The notes below the pieces were generated by a model, which did not search any database, had not been told where the DNA came from, and was given only the letters and a program-made list of their open reading frames with translations. From Luteolibacter sp. (GTDB lineage Bacteria; Verrucomicrobiota; Verrucomicrobiia; Verrucomicrobiales; Akkermansiaceae), in the NCBI GenBank assembly GCA_031411755.1, contig JANOBS010000058.1, forward strand, positions 13,206 to 77,205: DNA of 64,000 nucleotides, given 5' to 3'. This document shows, piece by piece, positions 63,077 to 64,000 of this stretch. Position 1 is the first letter of the stretch, and every line of letters starts with the position of its first letter. Position numbers and translations under genes: made by a program.

Positions 63077-64000
63077 ATGAACAAGGACAAGCTCGACGGC
63101 GCGCAAGCCCTCATCAAAACACTCGACGACCTCGGCATCGAGTACATTTTCGGTTACTCCGGCGGAGCGGCCATCCCCATCTTCGACGCGCTTGAGACGG
63201 TCAAGACGAAGATGAAGTTCATCCTCGTCCGCCACGAGCAGGGAGCCGTCCACATGGCCGATGGCTATGCGCGCGCCACCGGTCGTCCCGCCGCCGTTCT
63301 GGTGACTTCCGGCCCCGGAGCTGGAAACACCGTGACCGGCCTAATGACCGCGATGATGGACTCCGTGCCGATGCTGGTGATTTCCGGCCAGACGGTGACC
63401 TGGATGCTCGGCAAGGACGCCTTCCAGGAGGCTGACATCTTCGGCATCACGATTCCGGTGGTGAAGCACAACTACCTGGTGAAGGACACCAACTCCCTTC
63501 CACGCATCGCCCGCGAGGCCTACCACATCGCCACCACCGGTCGCCCCGGTCCGGTGCTGATCGACGTGCCGAAGGACATTTCCCAAGGCCCGTTCAGCGG
63601 CGACATGAATCCGACGATCAACCTTCCCGGTTACGATCCAAGCGGTGATTTCAACATCGACCACGCCGCCGTCAAGGAAGCGGCCGCGCTCATCGCGAAG
63701 GCCAAGCGCCCGGTGATCCTCGCCGGTCAGGGCTGCATGATCGCCCGCGCCGACAAGGAGCTGATGTATCTGGCGGAAACGCTGAATTGCCCAGTCACCT
63801 CCACGCTGCTCGGCAAGGGAGTGTTCCCGGAGACCCACCGTCTCTCGCTCGGCATGCTCGGCATGCACGGCACCGCCTATGCGAACAAGGCGATGGTCGA
63901 GTGCGACTTGCTGATCAACGTCGGCTCGCGCTTCGATGACCGGATCATCGGCCAACCCAAGAAATTCTGCGCCACCGCGAATATCATCCACATCGACATT
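63077..64000 (+). CDS. ilvB: Acetolactate synthase large subunit, 5' part (runs off the window)
   Basis: It is not in the ORF track because there is no stop in the window. My own translation from ATG 63077 gives 'MNKDKLDGAQALIKTLDDLGIEYIFGYSGGAAIPIFDAL...VRHEQGAVHMADGYARATGRPAAVLVTSGPGAGNTVTGLMTAMMDSVPMLVISGQ'. Confidence 0.9.
   Translation, partial: MNKDKLDGAQALIKTLDDLGIEYIFGYSGGAAIPIFDALETVKTKMKFILVRHEQGAVHMADGYARATGRPAAVLVTSGPGAGNTVTGLMTAMMDSVPMLVISGQTVTWMLGKDAFQEADIFGITIPVVKHNYLVKDTNSLPRIAREAYHIATTGRPGPVLIDVPKDISQGPFSGDMNPTINLPGYDPSGDFNIDHAAVKEAAALIAKAKRPVILAGQGCMIARADKELMYLAETLNCPVTSTLLGKGVFPETHRLSLGMLGMHGTAYANKAMVECDLLINVGSRFDDRIIGQPKKFCATANIIHIDI

Noticed and set aside
1-64000. Search by eye for tRNA, rRNA, tmRNA, transposase, integrase, reverse transcriptase and phage genes
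   Set aside because: None was recognised. The 'ggttgttcgattcc'-like string at about 46385 lies inside the hicA/hicB junction and has no tRNA cloverleaf context. A tRNAscan/Infernal run would be needed to be certain.

Overview
High-G+C chromosomal segment, about 60% by eye and not computed. It most likely comes from a member of the Verrucomicrobiota. That is an inference from gene content: a giant pectate-lyase protein carrying autotransporter-associated beta-strand (PATR) repeats, several formylglycine-type sulfatases, a PEP-CTERM protein, a multihaem cytochrome c next to a beta-propeller 'dehydrogenase-domain' protein, and a 2,051-aa alpha-2-macroglobulin.

I can support about 52 protein-coding genes and one RNA gene (RNase P RNA, type A). 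I recognised no rRNA, tRNA, CRISPR array, transposase, integrase or phage structural gene.

- **Housekeeping genes:** gatCA, rpmI-rplT, rplM-rpsI, rpsN, def, exbBD, mgtE and the 5' part of ilvB.
- **Carbohydrate genes:** a rhamnogalacturonan lyase with a pectate lyase, and two sulfatases.
- **Accessory islet, about 45.3-51.7 kb:**
  - vapBC, hicAB, a DUF4407 coiled-coil membrane protein and a dGTPase-family hydrolase;
  - a visibly lower-G+C two-gene cassette.
- **Intergenic DNA (the most unusual material):**
  - two paralogous ~180-nt elements, each with its own terminator, that look like sRNA genes;
  - several tracts with strict 7-nt periodicity at gene 3' ends;
  - two copies of a MITE-like inverted-repeat element;
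  - a ~140-bp palindromic array of CACGGAT boxes;
  - an AT-rich 555-bp leader;
  - a nested long-range inverted repeat.

All family assignments come from reading motifs and from memory. No database search was run.
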